DNA of 64,000 bases from Candidatus Dadabacteria bacterium (GTDB taxonomy: Bacteria; Desulfobacterota_D; UBA1144; Nemesobacterales; CSP1-2): the NCBI GenBank assembly GCA_963805855.1, contig CAWDVW010000005.1, forward strand, positions 608,001-672,000, written 5' to 3'. This document shows, one piece after another, positions 51,301 through 61,258 of this stretch (position 1 is its first letter; every line of letters starts with the position of its first letter). Both the position numbers and the translations under genes were made by a program. Below the pieces are notes generated by a model, which saw nothing but the letters and a program-made list of their open reading frames with translations, was not told the DNA's origin and did not search any database.

Positions 51301-54300
51301 TGTTCCCAATCTCGGAAAATACTCGAATCGACGCCTCAGAGTTATTTAATTTCATAATCGAGCGAGGGATTGAGAGAATTTTTCTCCCCGTTATAGCCTT
51401 GCGACAACTCTCCGAGGTCGCCGATGGAAAGATTTCAAATACCTCACTACTTAGAGAAGTGATCACCGCTGGCGAGCAATTGAACATTACCCCACCCATT
51501 GAAAGGATGTTTAGTCAACTAAAGGATTGCATTCTTGTCAACCAATACGGACCTACAGAGAGTCATGTAGTCACTGCGTTCAGGCTCAAAGAAAAACCAA
51601 CTAGTTTGAATCCCCTTCCCCCCATTGGGCGGCCAATTTCAAATACTCGGATTTATATAATGGACAAGTACCTAAACCCTGTCCCCATTGGAGTAGCTGG
51701 GGAACTTCACGTTGGAGGACTAGGACTTTCACGTGGATATCTTAATAGACCTGCGCTTACCGCCGAGAAGTTTATACCAGATCCATTTAGTGAAGAGCCA
51801 GGACAGAGACTTTACAAGACAGGCGACCTTGCCCGATACCTGCCAGACGGGAACATAGAATTTCTAGGAAGAATAGACAATCAGGTAAAGATAAGGGGAT
51901 TCAGGGTAGAAATGGGGGAAATTGAATCAGTATTAAGGGAACATCCATATGTAAATGATGCAGTAGTTGTGGCAAGGGGGGATGGGAGTGGAGATCCTTC
52001 GACTTCGCTCAGGACAGGCAAGCAGCTCATCGCATATCTAGTGGCTCAGGGGGAGAAGGAGTTAATTGTAAGCGAACTGAGGGGATTTTTAAAGGAAAAG
52101 CTACCAGAGTACATGGTACCATCATACTTTGTAACACTGGATGAGCTGCCACTAACACCCAGTGGCAAGGTAGATAGAAGGGCACTGCCTGAGCCGGATA
52201 AGACGAGACCTGAGCTTGGAAGAGAGTTTGTAGCACCCCGAACTCCTACAGAGCAGATACTTGCAGACATATGGTCTCAGGTGCTAGGTATAGAGAAAGT
52301 AGGAGTATACGACAACTTCTTTGAACTGGGAGGGCACTCACTGCTTGCCACACAGGTAGTCTCCCGCACAAGAGATGCGTTTAAGGTAGAGCTACCACTT
52401 AGAAACCTCATAGAAGAACCCACCGTTGCTCGACTAGCAGAGACAATAGACGAGGCGGGAAAAAGGGGTGAGGGGCTGAAGGCACTTCCAATCATACCCA
52501 TACCAAGGGATATCGAACTTCCCGTATCCTTTGCCCAGGAGAGGCTATGGTTCCTCGATCAGTTTGATCCAGGCAGCAGTGCCTACAACATGCCTGTAGC
52601 AGTGAGAGTAAGGGGCAGACTAGATTTGAAGGTACTGGAGCGCTCGATAAACGAGATAATAAGGCGTCATGGGTCACTCAGAACTAGATTTAAATCAGTG
52701 GATGGGAAACCAACTCAGGTAATAGCGTCTGAGATAATATTTACTCTACCTGTTTTGGATCTCAGAGATTTGCCAGAAGACAAAAGAGAGTCCCGGGCTA
52801 GGAGATTAGCGATAGAAGAGGCCCAGAAGCCTTTTGAGCTTGAGAGTGGTCCTCTACTGAGGGCTACTGTGCTAAGGCTCGGGGAGCAAGACCATGTCGG
52901 TCTCTTTACGATGCACCACATAATATCAGACGGCTGGTCTATGGGAATACTCATCAGAGAGGTTGCTGCGATATATGATGCATATTCCCGTGGGAAACCC
53001 TCACCCCTGCCAGAACTACCAATACAATACGGAGACTTTGCACAGTGGCAGAGAAAGTGGCTACAGGGTGAAGTGCTTGAGTCACAACTAGAGTACTGGA
53101 AACAGAAGCTTGATGGTCTGCCACCGGTTCTTGAGTTGCCAACCGATAGACCGAGGCCAGCTGTACAGACATACAATGGAGCACATGAATCATTTGAGCT
53201 TTCCTCCGTGTTATCAGAAGCCCTAGCTGAGCTGAGTAGAAGGGAAGGAGCCACGCTGTTCATGACGCTGCTGGCTGCTTTTCAGACACTGCTCTACAGG
53301 TATACAGGGCAGGAGGATATAGCAGTAGGTACCCCTATTGCCAACCGGAATAGGTCAGAGATAGAGGGGCTTATAGGTTTCTTTGTCAACACACTGGTGC
53401 TGCGAACTGACTTTTCAGGAAATCCAGGCTTCTTAGAACTATTGAGGAGAGTAAAAGAGACCTCACTCGAAGCATACGCACATCAGGACCTGCCGTTTGA
53501 GAGACTGGTGGAGGAGCTTAATCCCGAGAGAAACATGAGTCACTCACCCCTTTTTCAGGTGATGTTTGTACTGCAGAACACACCGATGCAATCTGTAGAC
53601 CTGGGAAACCTGGTGATTAGTCCGGTGGATATGGAGAGAGAAACGGCGAAGTTTGATCTTACAATGTTCATGGTGGAGACGGACAGAGGACTAACGGGAT
53701 CGATTGAATATAACACCAATCTCTTTAACGATACCACCATAACTCGAATGATAGAGCATTTCCGAATTCTGGTGGAAAACATAGTAAAAAGTCCGGACCA
53801 CAGAATAACAGAGCTGCCAATATTAACCGAGAAGGAAAGACATCAACTCCTTGTGGAATGGAATGACACTAAGAGGGAATATCCCAGGGATAAGTGCGTA
53901 CATGAGCTATTTGAGGAACAGGTGGAAAAGAATCCGGACAATATCGCAGTGGTATTTGAAGATGAAAGATTAACCTATAGAGAGTTGAACGAGAGAGCCA
54001 ATCAGTTGGCTCATTATCTGCTTGAACTTGGAGTAGGCCCTGAAGTATTGGTGGGGATATGCATGGAGAGATCATTAGAGATGATCATAGGCCTATTGGG
54101 AATACTAAAGGCCGGCGGGGCTTACTTACCCCTTGATCCAGACTATCCGAACGTAAGACTAGAATTCATGATGCGAGATGCAATAGTTAACGTACTCATC
54201 ACACAAAAAAGTTTGTTGGAGAAGTTAAGAAACAGCTTATCCAAAAAAGTTTGCATCGACGCAGATTGGGAGGAGATAGATAAGAAAACTCAGAAAAACC

Positions 54301-57300
54301 CCGAAGTCCAGGTATCCCGAGATAACCTTGCCTATGTCATTTATACCTCAGGCTCCACAGGCAATCCCAAGGGTGTTCAAATCCATCATAGATCACTGAC
54401 AAATTTCCTAATTTCATCTTGCAACCAGTTGAGATTAACATCGGGTGAAATAATACCTGCAATTAATACCTATTCATTTGATATCTCTATTCTAGAAATT
54501 TTTGTACCACTTGTTACCGGCGCCAGAGTAGGTTTGATTAGTCACGAAATTGCAACCGACGGATCACAATTGTCAAAAAAGATTAATCAATTAAGCGCAA
54601 CGATGATTCACGCTACACCTGCAACCTGGAAACTGCTTTTTGCAGCAGACTGGAAGAGTCCAAAAACATTCAAATTACTATCTGGTGGTGAGGAATTAAT
54701 TAGAGATTTGGCGAATCAACTGATTGAGAGGTCGAATTCGCTATGGAACGTGTACGGGCCCACTGAGGCTACTGTCTATTCTACATTTTACCAAGTTGCT
54801 AACCAAAACGGTTCTGTACCGATAGGCCGACCGATTGCCAACACCAAAATCTTTATTCTGGACAAGAGCTATAATCCAGTTTCTATAGGTACAGCGGGAG
54901 AGCTTCATATCGGAGGAGACGGACTGTCTCGTGGCTATCTGAACCGACCCGATCTGACAGCCGAGAAGTTTATACCGAACCCATTTAGTGAAGAGCCCGG
55001 CGAGAGGCTTTACAAGACAGGAGACCTTGCGCGGTACCTGCCAGACAGCAACATAGAATTTCTGGGAAGAATAGACAATCAGGTAAAGATAAGGGGATTC
55101 AGGATAGAAACAGGGGAAATAGAATCAATACTAAGAAAACATCCATACGTAAATGATGCAGTTGTTGTAGCAAGAGAGGACGCACCTGCCGAAAAACGCC
55201 TTGTCGCATATTTATTGGTGGATAGCGAGCATAAGCCTGTTATAGAAGAACTAAGGGCTTTTTTAATGGAAAAGCTTCCTGAGTATATGGTGCCATCATC
55301 CTTTGTAACACTTGATGAATTACCACTAACCCCAAGTGGAAAGGTGGATAGAAAGGCACTGCCTGAACCGGATAAGAAACGACCGGAAATCTTACAAGAA
55401 AAATACGTGGCACCGAGAAATCCAATAGAACAGGAATTTACAGATATTTGGAGTGAAGTCCTTGGAGTTGACCAGGTTGGAATTTATGACAATTTCTTTG
55501 ATTTGGGAGGTAATTCCCTCCAGGCAACCAGACTGATATACAAAATATCTTCAGACCTGCAATACGAAGTTTCGGTTAAAACACTATTCTTAAATCCTAC
55601 AATCTCTGACCTTGTAAATGCTATTGCGAAACCTTCAGCTGAAGTCGAAGATAAAAGACCCTCAGTTTCGAACGAAACCACTAGCAAAGAACTTGTAAAC
55701 AAAGATCAAGCAAGCCGTTCTAGATTGAATGATTATATAGAAATTGAACGACGTCCACTACTGGACCTTATTAAAGATGGGGAAATTAAGCAACTAGATG
55801 CAGCAGCTATCGGTTACTTATCAAGCTCAATACTGGATCACCCAAGTATTGACAGGAAAATGGTGGACGATTTTTTTAACAATAAACCGATAATATCGAA
55901 TATTATGGATTTAGATCTAGGTCGTATTGCAATAATATTAATACCATTTTTCGAATCAGAGCTATATGCCGATCAGGATTCCTTAGTTGACATGATAATA
56001 GACTCGCTCGAATTAGCGGGCTTAACGGGGGCGAAAACCGTTTCTCTAACGGGTCTCATACCCTCTGCCACTGGTTACGGCCGTGCTATCTACGATGCAG
56101 TCGATGGTCGCACTGATTTACCTCAGATCACAACAGGACATGCAACGACCACATCTTCAGTTGTACTTCAAATAACCAGAGCACTTAGGGAAAGTGGGCG
56201 GGAGCTGAGCAATGAAAAGGTAGGTTTTTTAGGTCTGGGATCGATAGGAATGGCAACCCTTAGTTTGATGCTGAAAAGCCTCCCTCATCCATCGGAAATT
56301 ACTTTGTGTGATCTATACAGCAAGCATGATACCTTAGAGAAGCTAAAAAACAGTATTATTAGAGAATTTGGATACTGTGGGAGTATACAAATAGTAGGTT
56401 CCGGTGTTAGGGTCCCATCAGAATTTTATGAAAATTCTCTAATCATCGGAGCTACAAACGTACCAGAAGTCATTGATATTAAACTTGCAAAGCCCGGTAC
56501 GATAATTGTCGACGATTCAGCACCGCACTGCTTTTCCGTAGAGGACGCCATTCGCAGATTTGAAAAGCACGTTGATATAATTTTCACAGAGGGTGGCGTT
56601 CTACAATCACCCAAGCCGGTTTGCCATTTACGGTATCTCCCAGAGATCGCAGAAAGACTTATTGAGAAAGGCCAATTAGAAGCATTCGCAGAACAAGACT
56701 CATCGCAAATAACCGGCTGCGTGTTATCCGGCCTACTCTCATCTCGTTTCGACAATCTAAAACCTACATTGGGTTTAGTTGAAGCTGCAACTTCCTGCAA
56801 ACATTATGAAATTCTTAAAGATTTAGGGTTCGATGCGGCGGAACTACATTGTGGGAATTATGTCCTTGAAAAAGAAGCAGTTAAGGCATTCAGGCAAAAC
56901 TTTAGTATACAGAATACTAAAATCAAAAAGGATATAAGGATAGGTATAGAAAAATCTCCACTTGTGACCATCCAACCACTAGGTTCGAAGCCCCCCTTCT
57001 ATTGTGTTCATGCCATTGGTGGGAGCGTTTTCTCATATTATGACTTGTCAAAATTTCTCGGCAAAGATCAACCCTTTTACGGGCTAGAATCGGTGGGTAT
57101 GGAAGGTGAAGAGCCTCCTCTCTCGAACATCGAAAGAATGGCCGCACTGTATATTCAAGCTATTCAATCGGTTCAGTCGGTTGGTCCTTATAGCATAGGA
57201 GGATGGTCTATGGGAGGATTAATTGCTTATGAAATGGCTCAGCAATTGTTAGCTCAAAAGGACACAGTGTCACAATTAATTCTGTTTGACTCTCACTCTC

Positions 57301-57929
57301 TCAGAAGAAACAGAAAGGCAACAAAAAGATATTCGAACAGACTTCTACGAAATTTTTTAGAAAAGCTTTGCTATTACTTTAAAAACCCGAACACTTCATT
57401 AGATCACGTCATAGACGATTTACCTGACGAGGGTTGGTCAGAGGAAATTATATACGAAAATGAATTAAGTAAGGGTAATCGCGTAATCCGTCCCTATAGA
57501 GAATTAGCCAAGATTCTCGGTATCAATTCCAGTGAGCTTAACTTATTATTGAATCATATTTTAGAAGGCGATTCAGGTAAACCCTTAATCCGGATCTGGA
57601 ACAATCTTGAACCTGAAAATGAAACAAACAGAATGATTGAACTCCGGCATGCTATCCGAAGGTTGGACATATATCTTAATAACTACAGGGCAATGCACAA
57701 ATATAAGCCTAAACCTTATCCAGGGCAATTAACCCTCATTCGTGCTAAGGGTCACTTTAGCATTTTCGAAATAGATAAGTCCTTGGGGTGGGGAACCTTA
57801 GCCAAAGGCGGCGTTGAAGTTCACATTGTTCCCGGGGATCATTATACTATATTTAAAAGGCCGAACGTCAATCTCTTGGCTGAAAAACTAAATGCATGCC
57901 TTAACGATGCAAATGGCACCGGAATTTAA
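36396..57929 (+). CDS. NRPS 3: six C-A-T modules + NAD(P)-binding reductase-like domain + thioesterase
   Basis: First C is DCL-type ([19 protein letters not shown]); five HHIISDG C domains; six A domains; five GGHSL and one GGNSL carriers; a ~390 aa domain with GLGSIG; TE with GWSMG and GDHY; GTGA overlap with NRPS 2. Confidence 0.95.
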   Translation: MIIVKRDDRKDIEDIYHLSPMQEGMLYHSLYASESDVYFNQLTCTLQGKLNISAFKKAWQNIVDRHSILRTLFIWKGLDKPLQVVRRNVKLPFELKDWRSLSPSDQLLSFETLLDEDRRRGFDLSKAPLMRMTLINIGENNYKLVYSSHHLLLDGWSLPLILKEVFIFYEAFCQNQEVQMERPRPYRDYITWLKKQDLSKAEVFWRKTLKGFTAPTPLNLKSSTDNGPEDREEAYGEQHMQLPTAIAKSLQSLGRQHELTLNTLVQGAWAILLRQYSDGEDVVFGSTVSGRPPSLRGVESMVGLFINTLPLRVRVSPDHYVIPWLKNLQAKQVVTREYEYSPLVQIHGWSDVPRGLPLFESILVFENYPVDRTVQHGLNNLEVLDIRSYERTNYPITIGVSAGENFSLQIGYDRSRVGDNSISRMLGHFRTLLEGMALKPNRRISELPILTNEERRQILVEWNDTQRKHPTNRSIQEIFENQVNKTPDSVALAFREKQLSYKELNQRANQLAHYLTDHGVGPESRVGICLERSTDMIAGMLGILKAGGAYVPLDPTYPKERLDFMVQDSSPKVVLTQERFLKLLSDRAAHIVCIDTQRDEIDRKSKRNPKQTISPDNLAYVIYTSGSTGKPKGVLISHGAILGHCDTVKRYYDLESNDRILQFASFNFDASLEQIFPTLIVGARLVLRGDELWIPSEFLRKMEQFGLTVINLPSAYWQQLVREWAGSPALKTNIRPKLFVVGGDVMDPESLRLWHQTPFSSVRLLNAYGPTEATITATTYEIPINFDEKSSAARIPIGRPLYNRNIFILDKSRNPVPVEVNGELHLGGEALGRGYLNQPELTAERFIPNPFSEEPGERLYKTGDLARYLPDGNIEFLGRVDNQVKIRGFRIETGEIETTLREHPYVNDAVVAAREDGSGEKELIGYLVAHGEQESIVSELRGFLNEKLPGHMVPSYLVTLDELPLTPSGKIDRKALPEPDKTRPELGREFVAPRTPTEEILADIWAQVLGIEKVGVYDNFFELGGHSLLATQVVSRTRDAFKVELPLRNLIEEPTVSRLAETIDEAGKRGEGLKALPIIPIPRDGELPVSFAQERLWFLDQFEPGSSAYNMPGAVRVRGRLDVELLERSINEIIRRHGSLRTTFKSVDGKPKQVIASELSFALPVVDLRELPEEKRESRARTLAIEEAKTPFDLESGPLLRATVLRLGEEDHVGLFTMHHIISDGWSMGILIREVAAIYDAYSNGKPSPLPELPIQYADFSQWQRQWLQGEVLESQLQYWKQKLDGLPPVLELPTDRPRPAVQTYNGAHESFELSSVLSEALGELSRREGATLFMTLLGAFQTLLYRYTGQEDIAVGTPIANRNRSEIEGLIGFFVNTLVLRTDFSGNPSFLELLRRVKETSLEAYAYQDLPFERLVEELNPERDMSHSPLFQVMFVLQNVPTQALEIEGLTLSPLEPDSSRALFDLTLTVSDTDQGLMGSIEYNTDLFDDTTITLMIEHFRILVENIVKSPDQRITDLPILTEKERHKLLVEWNDTKSEYPTDKCVHQLFEDQVKKTPDATAVVFEDQKLSYKELNERANQLGHYLRDHGVEPECRVCVCLERSIEMIVGLLGILKAGGVYVPVDPSYPKQRLEFMLEDSKVKAILTQESLVEMLPTNGAQVVCIDTQWEGIAKNTKKNPVSGITPSNLAYVIYTSGSTGLPKGVAVQHRSVVNHNLDVSKRYDLKQDDRVLQFYSISFDGAVEEIFPTLLSGATLALRGEEILAPGTEFLDFVASNKINVVNLPTAYWHEWVKELPSTNGRFPDSLRLVVVGGDRVSPDRYETWSEVVDGRVRWIDTYGPTETTVISTMAEPDGISRLSIGQPIANTTTYILDKHMYPAPPGVPGELHIGGLGLARGYMNLPELTAEKFIPNPFSDDSGERLYKTGDLARYLPDGNIEFLGRIDHQVKIRGFRIETGEVESVLREHPYVKDAVVVARGDGSGDPSTSLRTDKHLVAYVVTAGENQTTDSELRNYLKQKLPEYMVPSSFVTLDELPLTPSGKVDRKALPEPDKTRPELGREFVAPRTPTEEILSDIWAQVLGIEKVGVYDNFFELGGHSLLATQVVSRTRDAFKVELPLRNLIEEPTVSRLAETIDEAGKRGEGLKALPIIPIPRDGELPVSFAQERLWFLDQFEPGSSAYNMPGAVRVRGRLDVELLERSINEIIRRHGSLRTTFKSVDGKPKQVIASELSFALPVVDLRELPEEKRESRARTLAIEEAKTPFDLESGPLLRATVLRLGEEDHVGLFTMHHIISDGWSMGILIREVAAIYDAYSNGKPSPLPELPIQYADFSQWQRQWLQGEVLESQLQYWKQKLDGLPPVLELPTDRPRPAVQTYNGAHESFELSSVLSEALGELSRREGATLFMTLLGAFQTLLYRYTGQEDIAVGTPIANRNRSEIEGLIGFFVNTLVLRTDFSGNPSFLELLRRVKETSLEAYAYQDLPFERLVEELNPERDMSHSPLFQVMFVLQNVPTQALEIEGLTLSPLEPDSSRALFDLTLTVSDTDQGLMGSIEYNTDLFDDTTITLMIEHFRILVENIVKSPDQRITDLPILTEKERHKLLVEWNDTKSEYPTDKCVHQLFEDQVKKTPDATAVVFEDQKLSYKELNERANQLGHYLRDHGVEPECRVCVCLERSIEMIVGLLGILKAGGVYVPVDPSYPKQRLEFMLEDSKVKAILTQESLVEMLPTNGAQVVCIDTQWEGIAKNTKKNPVSGITPSNLAYVIYTSGSTGKPKGVPIIHSSLVNFLCSMGEQPGLTSKDLMLAITTLSFDIAALEIFLPIIKGACVELVTREVASYGTQLLKKITDSGATVIQATPATWRMLLEVGWSNKDRPKILCGGEALSSDLADELVKRSDSLWNVYGPTETTIWSTIHRVSKRSAFVSIGRPIGNTQIYILDKHLTPVPIGVPGELHIGGAGLARGYLNSPELTVEKFIPNPFSDTPGERLYKTGDLARYLPDGNIEFLGRIDNQVKIRGFRIETGEIESILREHPAVRDAVVVARGDGSGDPSTSLRTDKQLIAYLIYQGGQEVIVSEVRGFLREKLPEYMVPSSFVTLDELPLTPSGKVDRKALPEPDKTRPELGREFVAPRTPTEEILSDIWAQVLGIEKVGVYDNFFELGGHSLLATQVVSRTRDAFKVELPLRNLIEKPTVARLAEIIDEEKKKGEELEGPPIKPIPRDIELPVSFAQERLWFLDQFDPGSSAYNMPVAVRVRGRLDVELLERSINEIIRRHGSLRTTFKSVDGKPVQVIAPELSFTLPVIDLSELPEEQRESRARTLAIEEFTKPFDLAKGALIRAKVLHMGEDEHVVLFTMHHIISDGWSMGILITEVAAIYDAYSRGEPSPLPELPIQYGDFSQWQRQWLQGEVLESQLGYWKQKLDGLPPVLELPTDRPRPAIQTYNGAHESFELSSVLSEALAELSRREGATLFMTLLAAFQTLLYRYTGQEDIAVGTPIANRNRSEIEGLIGFFVNTLVLRTDFSGNPSFLELLRRVKETSLEAYAHQDLPFEKLVEHLRPERDLSRTPLFQVFFNMLNVKLEQQNVKGLAIEDFPLSDMESKFDLTLYADEGQGRISFLFAYNRDLFNRDRIHCLTQQFLHLLNQIAKEPDKKLSTYSLVAPEHRDIIPDPSIIITEPDLEPVTSTFLRIAETLPNHIAVSQGNRNWTYAKLAWSSSIIARTLRSREFQKGDVVAIHGEKSIGLIASVIGVLLNGCVILTLDRQLPDDRKQLMLREAGVKGLVLVGSNDYEHRWSDKQVGIKVIRVDSWDGLPCDFDSSSLCERVQLPLIKSSDRAYIFFTSGSTGLPKGILGWHKGLSHFINWQHNAFNINSQDRVSQLISLSFDAVLRDIFLPLTSGATLCLPEESDDIAANDVLNWLDVQKVTVLHTVPSITQFWLTNRASERSLRYLRYVFFAGEPLTDSLVNDWKNSLHYDGKIVNLYGPTETTLVKSYYEVPQEVSPGIQPIGKAMPQTQVLILNTDYELCGIGEPGEIVIRTPFRTLGYINSPDEQLKRFRNNPFSKDENDVVYLTGDLGRYRPDGSLDILGRVDDQLKIRGVRVEPSEVTATLSQHPDVQACFVTEWKNENGERALVAYVVTSDKQDLRIDNIRKFLINRLPLAFVPSVFVTIDQLPLTANGKVDRQALPSPLVSKIEIKSDFVSPRNTTEKILVDIWIQVLGHNKVGIHDNFFDLGGHSLLATQIISRVREAFNVELPLRGLIEEPTISNMAKAIEEAKNVESETQAPPIKPIRREIELPVSFAQERLWFLDQFDPGSSAYNMPVAVRVRGRLDLKVLERSINEIIRRQGSLRTTFKSVDGKPKQVIASELSFALPVIDLRELPEEKRESRARTLAIEEAKTPFDLESGPLLRATVLRLGEEDHVGLFTMHHIISDGWSMGILIREVAAIYDAYSRGEPSPLPELPIQYGDFSQWQRQWLQGEVLESQLGYWKQKLDGLPPVLELPTDRPRPAIQTYNGAHESFELSSVLSEALAELSRREGATLFMTLLAAFQTLLYRYTGQEDIAVGTPIANRNRSEIEGLIGFFVNTLVLRTDFSGNPSFLELLRRVKETSLEAYAHQDLPFERLVEELNPERNMSHSPLFQVMFALQNTPMQSVDLGDLVISPVDMERETAKFDLTMFMVETDGRLMGSIEYNTNLFNDTTITRMIEHFRTLVENIVKSPDHRITELPILNEKERHQLLVEWNDTKREYPRERCVHELFEEQVEKTPNNIALVFEDQKLTYKELNERSNQLAYYLIELGVGRETLVGICMERSLEMIIGLLGILKAGGGYVPLDPSYPKKRLEFMIKDSQIDMLLTQTSLVETVQGDELTMTCLDEQWNDIATRSKRNPSSRVSTDNLAYVIYTSGSTGNPKGVGIAHSALHNLLLWQLSNLSSSLNAKTLQFSPVSFDVSFQEILSTLLGGGSLFPISENTRIDASELFNFIIERGIERIFLPVIALRQLSEVADGKISNTSLLREVITAGEQLNITPPIERMFSQLKDCILVNQYGPTESHVVTAFRLKEKPTSLNPLPPIGRPISNTRIYIMDKYLNPVPIGVAGELHVGGLGLSRGYLNRPALTAEKFIPDPFSEEPGQRLYKTGDLARYLPDGNIEFLGRIDNQVKIRGFRVEMGEIESVLREHPYVNDAVVVARGDGSGDPSTSLRTGKQLIAYLVAQGEKELIVSELRGFLKEKLPEYMVPSYFVTLDELPLTPSGKVDRRALPEPDKTRPELGREFVAPRTPTEQILADIWSQVLGIEKVGVYDNFFELGGHSLLATQVVSRTRDAFKVELPLRNLIEEPTVARLAETIDEAGKRGEGLKALPIIPIPRDIELPVSFAQERLWFLDQFDPGSSAYNMPVAVRVRGRLDLKVLERSINEIIRRHGSLRTRFKSVDGKPTQVIASEIIFTLPVLDLRDLPEDKRESRARRLAIEEAQKPFELESGPLLRATVLRLGEQDHVGLFTMHHIISDGWSMGILIREVAAIYDAYSRGKPSPLPELPIQYGDFAQWQRKWLQGEVLESQLEYWKQKLDGLPPVLELPTDRPRPAVQTYNGAHESFELSSVLSEALAELSRREGATLFMTLLAAFQTLLYRYTGQEDIAVGTPIANRNRSEIEGLIGFFVNTLVLRTDFSGNPGFLELLRRVKETSLEAYAHQDLPFERLVEELNPERNMSHSPLFQVMFVLQNTPMQSVDLGNLVISPVDMERETAKFDLTMFMVETDRGLTGSIEYNTNLFNDTTITRMIEHFRILVENIVKSPDHRITELPILTEKERHQLLVEWNDTKREYPRDKCVHELFEEQVEKNPDNIAVVFEDERLTYRELNERANQLAHYLLELGVGPEVLVGICMERSLEMIIGLLGILKAGGAYLPLDPDYPNVRLEFMMRDAIVNVLITQKSLLEKLRNSLSKKVCIDADWEEIDKKTQKNPEVQVSRDNLAYVIYTSGSTGNPKGVQIHHRSLTNFLISSCNQLRLTSGEIIPAINTYSFDISILEIFVPLVTGARVGLISHEIATDGSQLSKKINQLSATMIHATPATWKLLFAADWKSPKTFKLLSGGEELIRDLANQLIERSNSLWNVYGPTEATVYSTFYQVANQNGSVPIGRPIANTKIFILDKSYNPVSIGTAGELHIGGDGLSRGYLNRPDLTAEKFIPNPFSEEPGERLYKTGDLARYLPDSNIEFLGRIDNQVKIRGFRIETGEIESILRKHPYVNDAVVVAREDAPAEKRLVAYLLVDSEHKPVIEELRAFLMEKLPEYMVPSSFVTLDELPLTPSGKVDRKALPEPDKKRPEILQEKYVAPRNPIEQEFTDIWSEVLGVDQVGIYDNFFDLGGNSLQATRLIYKISSDLQYEVSVKTLFLNPTISDLVNAIAKPSAEVEDKRPSVSNETTSKELVNKDQASRSRLNDYIEIERRPLLDLIKDGEIKQLDAAAIGYLSSSILDHPSIDRKMVDDFFNNKPIISNIMDLDLGRIAIILIPFFESELYADQDSLVDMIIDSLELAGLTGAKTVSLTGLIPSATGYGRAIYDAVDGRTDLPQITTGHATTTSSVVLQITRALRESGRELSNEKVGFLGLGSIGMATLSLMLKSLPHPSEITLCDLYSKHDTLEKLKNSIIREFGYCGSIQIVGSGVRVPSEFYENSLIIGATNVPEVIDIKLAKPGTIIVDDSAPHCFSVEDAIRRFEKHVDIIFTEGGVLQSPKPVCHLRYLPEIAERLIEKGQLEAFAEQDSSQITGCVLSGLLSSRFDNLKPTLGLVEAATSCKHYEILKDLGFDAAELHCGNYVLEKEAVKAFRQNFSIQNTKIKKDIRIGIEKSPLVTIQPLGSKPPFYCVHAIGGSVFSYYDLSKFLGKDQPFYGLESVGMEGEEPPLSNIERMAALYIQAIQSVQSVGPYSIGGWSMGGLIAYEMAQQLLAQKDTVSQLILFDSHSLRRNRKATKRYSNRLLRNFLEKLCYYFKNPNTSLDHVIDDLPDEGWSEEIIYENELSKGNRVIRPYRELAKILGINSSELNLLLNHILEGDSGKPLIRIWNNLEPENETNRMIELRHAIRRLDIYLNNYRAMHKYKPKPYPGQLTLIRAKGHFSIFEIDKSLGWGTLAKGGVEVHIVPGDHYTIFKRPNVNLLAEKLNACLNDANGTGI
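39400..41491 (+). repeat. 2.1 kb T-C-A(N-terminal) segment apparently identical to 42619..44710
   Basis: Same sequence at offset 3219, ending inside YTSGS; identical shadow ORFs at 39628/42847, 39803/43022 and 40820/44039. Confidence 0.9.
42350..42373. repeat. 24 bp intragenic REP-like insert TCCTTCGACTTCGCTCAGGACAG(A/G), also at 45548..45571 and 51995..52018
   Basis: Absent from the homologous site at ~39155 (GGAGA|GAAGGAG); adds PSTSLRT(D/G) in frame. Confidence 0.75.
42619..44710 (+). repeat. 2.1 kb segment apparently identical to 39400..41491
   Basis: Direct comparison of the two sequences. Confidence 0.9.
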
Positions 57930-57961
57930 TCCAAACTAAATTGAATTCTTTGGAGGAAACG

Positions 57962-58225
57962 ATGAGCATAGATGAAGATGAAGACAAGACAATCTATAAG
58001 GTCGTAGTTAACCACGAAGAACAGTATTCCATATGGCCTACTGACAAAGATAATCCTCTTGGTTGGAATGATGTTGGAAAAGAAGGACCAAAATCAGAGT
58101 GTTTAGCTTACATCAAGGAAGTATGGACTGATATGAGACCTTTAAGTCTTAGGAAAAAGATGGAACAGATGGAAAAGGAGAAAAAAGTAAAATCAAAAAA
58201 GAAAAAAGCTGCAAAGAAAAAGTAA
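57962..58225 (+). CDS. mbtH: MbtH-like NRPS accessory protein
   Basis: [42 protein letters not shown] supports ATG 57962 rather than TTG 57941. Confidence 0.95.
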   Translation: MSIDEDEDKTIYKVVVNHEEQYSIWPTDKDNPLGWNDVGKEGPKSECLAYIKEVWTDMRPLSLRKKMEQMEKEKKVKSKKKKAAKKK

Positions 58226-58355
58226 CTGAATTATTTCTAAAGACGTAATCCATTGTTTGCACCCTGAATTATAAGATTTCCAAACAACATTTAATGTATA
58301 ATAATGTTTAATTTGGTATTCCACTATTCGTTTTTGACCGCTTGAGGAGAAACAA

Positions 58356-59939
58356 ATGAAGCGAATATTTGTCAAGTTCATACCGTTAATTCTTATCGCA
58401 TTCTTAAATTTAGGAGGCTGCGACAACGGAGGTCAAACTACTGCCCTCTGGATCGTCGCCGGACAAAATTTAAATAACACACGTCATCAATCAAAGGAAA
58501 CGATAATAGGTCCTTCAAATGTAGTGAATCTATCAATCAAATGGATTTTCACAACGGGAGGAGACGTTTCTGCCACTCCTGCTGTAGATGAGAATGCAGT
58601 CTACGCGCCAGATTGGGGCGGGAACCTTTTCAAAATAGATAGAAAAAGCGGTGCGGAAATATGGTCGCGCCGTATATCTGATTATACGGGAATACCGAAT
58701 GACCTATCTCGTACGACACCAGCAGTTTATGGCACCAAGCTCATATTGGGAAATCAGGGCGGCGGCGCACATGTGATAGCCGTCAACAAGGATACTGGGG
58801 ATCTTATTTGGATTACAAAAGTTGATGACCACGAGGCTTCTATAATCACTCAATCGGCGGTTGTACATGATGACCGCGTCTATGTGGGCATCTCTTCATT
58901 TGAGTTTGTTACGGCTATCGATCCGGAATATCCATGCTGCACATTTCGTGGAAGTGTTCTAGCCTTAGATTCAAATAACGGAGAGATCCTATGGAAGACT
59001 TACATGACACCATCGACTGATAAATTCCCCGGCTATAGCGGAGTTGGCGTTTGGGGCAGCACATTAGTCGTGGACTCGAAACGCAACCTTCTTTACGTTC
59101 CGACTGGTAACAACTACACAGTCCCGGAGGAAGTGCTCGAATGCGTTGAAGAAGCAAATAATCAAGGCATCGATCCAAGACTATGCAATGATCCCAGTAA
59201 CCTTTTTGATGCTGTAGTAGCCCTTGACCTAGATAGTGGAGAGATAGTATGGGGCCAGCCGATGATTCCATTCGACGCCTGGAACTTTTCATGCCTAATA
59301 GGGGGTATAAACTGCCAATCGTCAGCGGGAGTTGATTACGACTTTGGGCAAGGCCCCATTTTGTTCTCAATTAAAGGTGCTGACGGATTATTTATCGATC
59401 TGTTGGGGGCTGGTCAGAAAAGCGGTCAGTATTGGGCACTTAATCCTGATAACGGGGAAGTTATGTGGGTGACTCAGGTCGGGCCCGGTGGTATTACCGG
59501 GGGCCACCAGTGGGGTTCCGCTACAGATGGTGAACGTATCTATACGGCAATATCAAACTCAGGACGAGTAGAATGGGAACTAATGGAGAACGGACAGGGA
59601 ACCGGTGAGTTCACTCGAGGAGGGTTTTGGAGCGCACTCGATCCCACTACAGGAAAGATTCTTTGGCAGACGCCTGACCCAAACGCTGCCCTTGACCAGG
59701 GTGCGGTAACTATCGCTAATGGGGTAGTTTTTGCAGGTTCCCTCGCCCCTGATCCCGATGATAGTACTTTCTTCGCTTTGGACGCCGCATCAGGTGATAT
59801 CCTTTGGGAGTTTCCAAGCGGCGCATCTGTAAACTCTGGAGCTGCCGTAGTTGATGGCACAGTTTATTGGGGCTCCGGCTATTCACGCCTGAACTATGCA
59901 ACTGGTAACAACGAAGTGTACGCGTTTGAGATAAGATAA
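58356..59939 (+). CDS. PQQ-binding beta-propeller lipoprotein (polyvinyl-alcohol dehydrogenase-like)
   Basis: Lipobox LGGC; repeated A(L/V)DxxTGxxxW blades; YPCCTFRGSV, DYDFGQGP and GQKSG motifs. Confidence 0.85.
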   Translation: MKRIFVKFIPLILIAFLNLGGCDNGGQTTALWIVAGQNLNNTRHQSKETIIGPSNVVNLSIKWIFTTGGDVSATPAVDENAVYAPDWGGNLFKIDRKSGAEIWSRRISDYTGIPNDLSRTTPAVYGTKLILGNQGGGAHVIAVNKDTGDLIWITKVDDHEASIITQSAVVHDDRVYVGISSFEFVTAIDPEYPCCTFRGSVLALDSNNGEILWKTYMTPSTDKFPGYSGVGVWGSTLVVDSKRNLLYVPTGNNYTVPEEVLECVEEANNQGIDPRLCNDPSNLFDAVVALDLDSGEIVWGQPMIPFDAWNFSCLIGGINCQSSAGVDYDFGQGPILFSIKGADGLFIDLLGAGQKSGQYWALNPDNGEVMWVTQVGPGGITGGHQWGSATDGERIYTAISNSGRVEWELMENGQGTGEFTRGGFWSALDPTTGKILWQTPDPNAALDQGAVTIANGVVFAGSLAPDPDDSTFFALDAASGDILWEFPSGASVNSGAAVVDGTVYWGSGYSRLNYATGNNEVYAFEIR

Positions 59940-60111
59940 TACGCCATTATGGTAAATTCAGTTAATTCTTGCTCGCATCGGTTCTTGATTTCTATTTACC
60001 CAGTCATAAGAGATGAATTAAAAACGCAATTATCTAGTATTCCACGCTATACCTTCAGATCCAAATATAATGTAGATTAATTCCAAAAGTTCTAATCTAG
60101 TCACCCATTCG

Positions 60112-60861
60112 ATGCAAAATTCAGAACAAAAATGGCGTAACCCGCCGAGCAAATTAAATTTAGGACGCCATGAAATCCATGTCTGGCGTGCTGACTTAAA
60201 TGTTACCAAGCAACTATTAAAGAAACTTAAAGACACCTTACAAAAGGTAGAAACGGATAGGGCCAATCGCTTTCATTTTGAAAAGGACCGACACCATTTC
60301 ATTGCTGCCAGAGGTGCTCTTAGAGTGATCCTCGGAAATTATCTTAATATACAGCCACGCAATCTGAACTTCACTTACAATACACATGGAAAACCAAGAA
60401 TTGCCAATGAACTGGATCAAAATCATGTCAACTTCAATTTATCCCATTCGCATGGGATTGCACTATACGCCGTAACCTTGGGTAGGGAGGTAGGAATTGA
60501 TATTGAAAGGGTCAGGACAAATTTGTCTTTCGAGAAGATCGCAAAGCGATTCTTCTCACCCTTGGAGTTCCAGACGCTCATGGCATTGCCTCTCTCAGAG
60601 CGTGTAGCAGGCTTTTTTAATTGTTGGACTCGTAAGGAGGCCTATATAAAGGCTATCGGAGAAGGTCTTTCCATCCCCCTAGATCAGTTTGATGTGACAC
60701 TGAATCCAAACGATGAAGCTAAAATTATTAGTACTAAAGGAGACTCGATTTTGGCAGCCCGCTGGTCATTGTATGCTTTGATACCAGCGCCCGGATATGT
60801 CGGAGCTTTAGCCGTGGAGGGAAAACACCTCACGATCAAATATTGGATGTGGACAGGTTAA
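60112..60861 (+). CDS. Sfp/HetI-type 4'-phosphopantetheinyl transferase
   Basis: GKP, FNLSHS, VGIDIE and WTRKEAYIKAIGEGL motifs. Confidence 0.95.
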   Translation: MQNSEQKWRNPPSKLNLGRHEIHVWRADLNVTKQLLKKLKDTLQKVETDRANRFHFEKDRHHFIAARGALRVILGNYLNIQPRNLNFTYNTHGKPRIANELDQNHVNFNLSHSHGIALYAVTLGREVGIDIERVRTNLSFEKIAKRFFSPLEFQTLMALPLSERVAGFFNCWTRKEAYIKAIGEGLSIPLDQFDVTLNPNDEAKIISTKGDSILAARWSLYALIPAPGYVGALAVEGKHLTIKYWMWTG

Positions 60862-60904
60862 GTGGTTCTATTTAGGGTGTTAGCGCAAATGTAAGAAACG
60901 AACG

Positions 60905-61253
60905 AGTAAGCGGGACAGGAATGTTCCGCCTACCCTTGGATTAAAATTAAGGATAGCCGGGGTTTTCCAACCCTGCATGGACAAAACATAGGGCAAGGAA
61001 ACGTTCCAAGAATATAGCGGAAGGCTTCGGCCTACCATCTCAGAAATTAACTCTGATGGGAACATAAAGGTTTCCGCTACGTTTAGTCACGGATATCACC
61101 GAGGTCTGAAGATCATCACTACTAAAAGAATATTCCTTTTTAATGTAGTGGAGGACTTTAGTCCTCCATAAACTCGATGAGACGAAAATTATCTGTCATC
61201 CCCGAGGACTCCCCGCCATGGACATGCGGGGGCGGGCTTAATCGGGGATCCAC
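60905..61253. repeat. Inverted dispersed copy of the ~230 bp composite REP unit plus a nested TGTCATCCCCG palindrome
   Basis: CGGGACAGGAATGTTCCGCCTACC, GATAGCCGGGGTTTTCCAACCCTGCATGGA, AAAGGTTTCCGCTACGTTTAGTCACGGATATCACCG and GTAGTGGAGGACTTTAGTCCTCC occur in reverse-complement order relative to the 11.2-12.4 kb unit. Confidence 0.85.
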
Positions 61254-61258
61254 ATGCT

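Noticed and set aside
55730-56900. Standard NRPS terminal reductase (SDR-type R) domain
   Set aside because: No LTGATGFLG at the domain start; the Gly-rich loop lies mid-domain and a TE follows
21619-57147. Many short antisense or out-of-frame ORFs within the NRPS genes, some repeated
   Set aside because: Shadows of the coding strand; they recur only because the underlying DNA is duplicated
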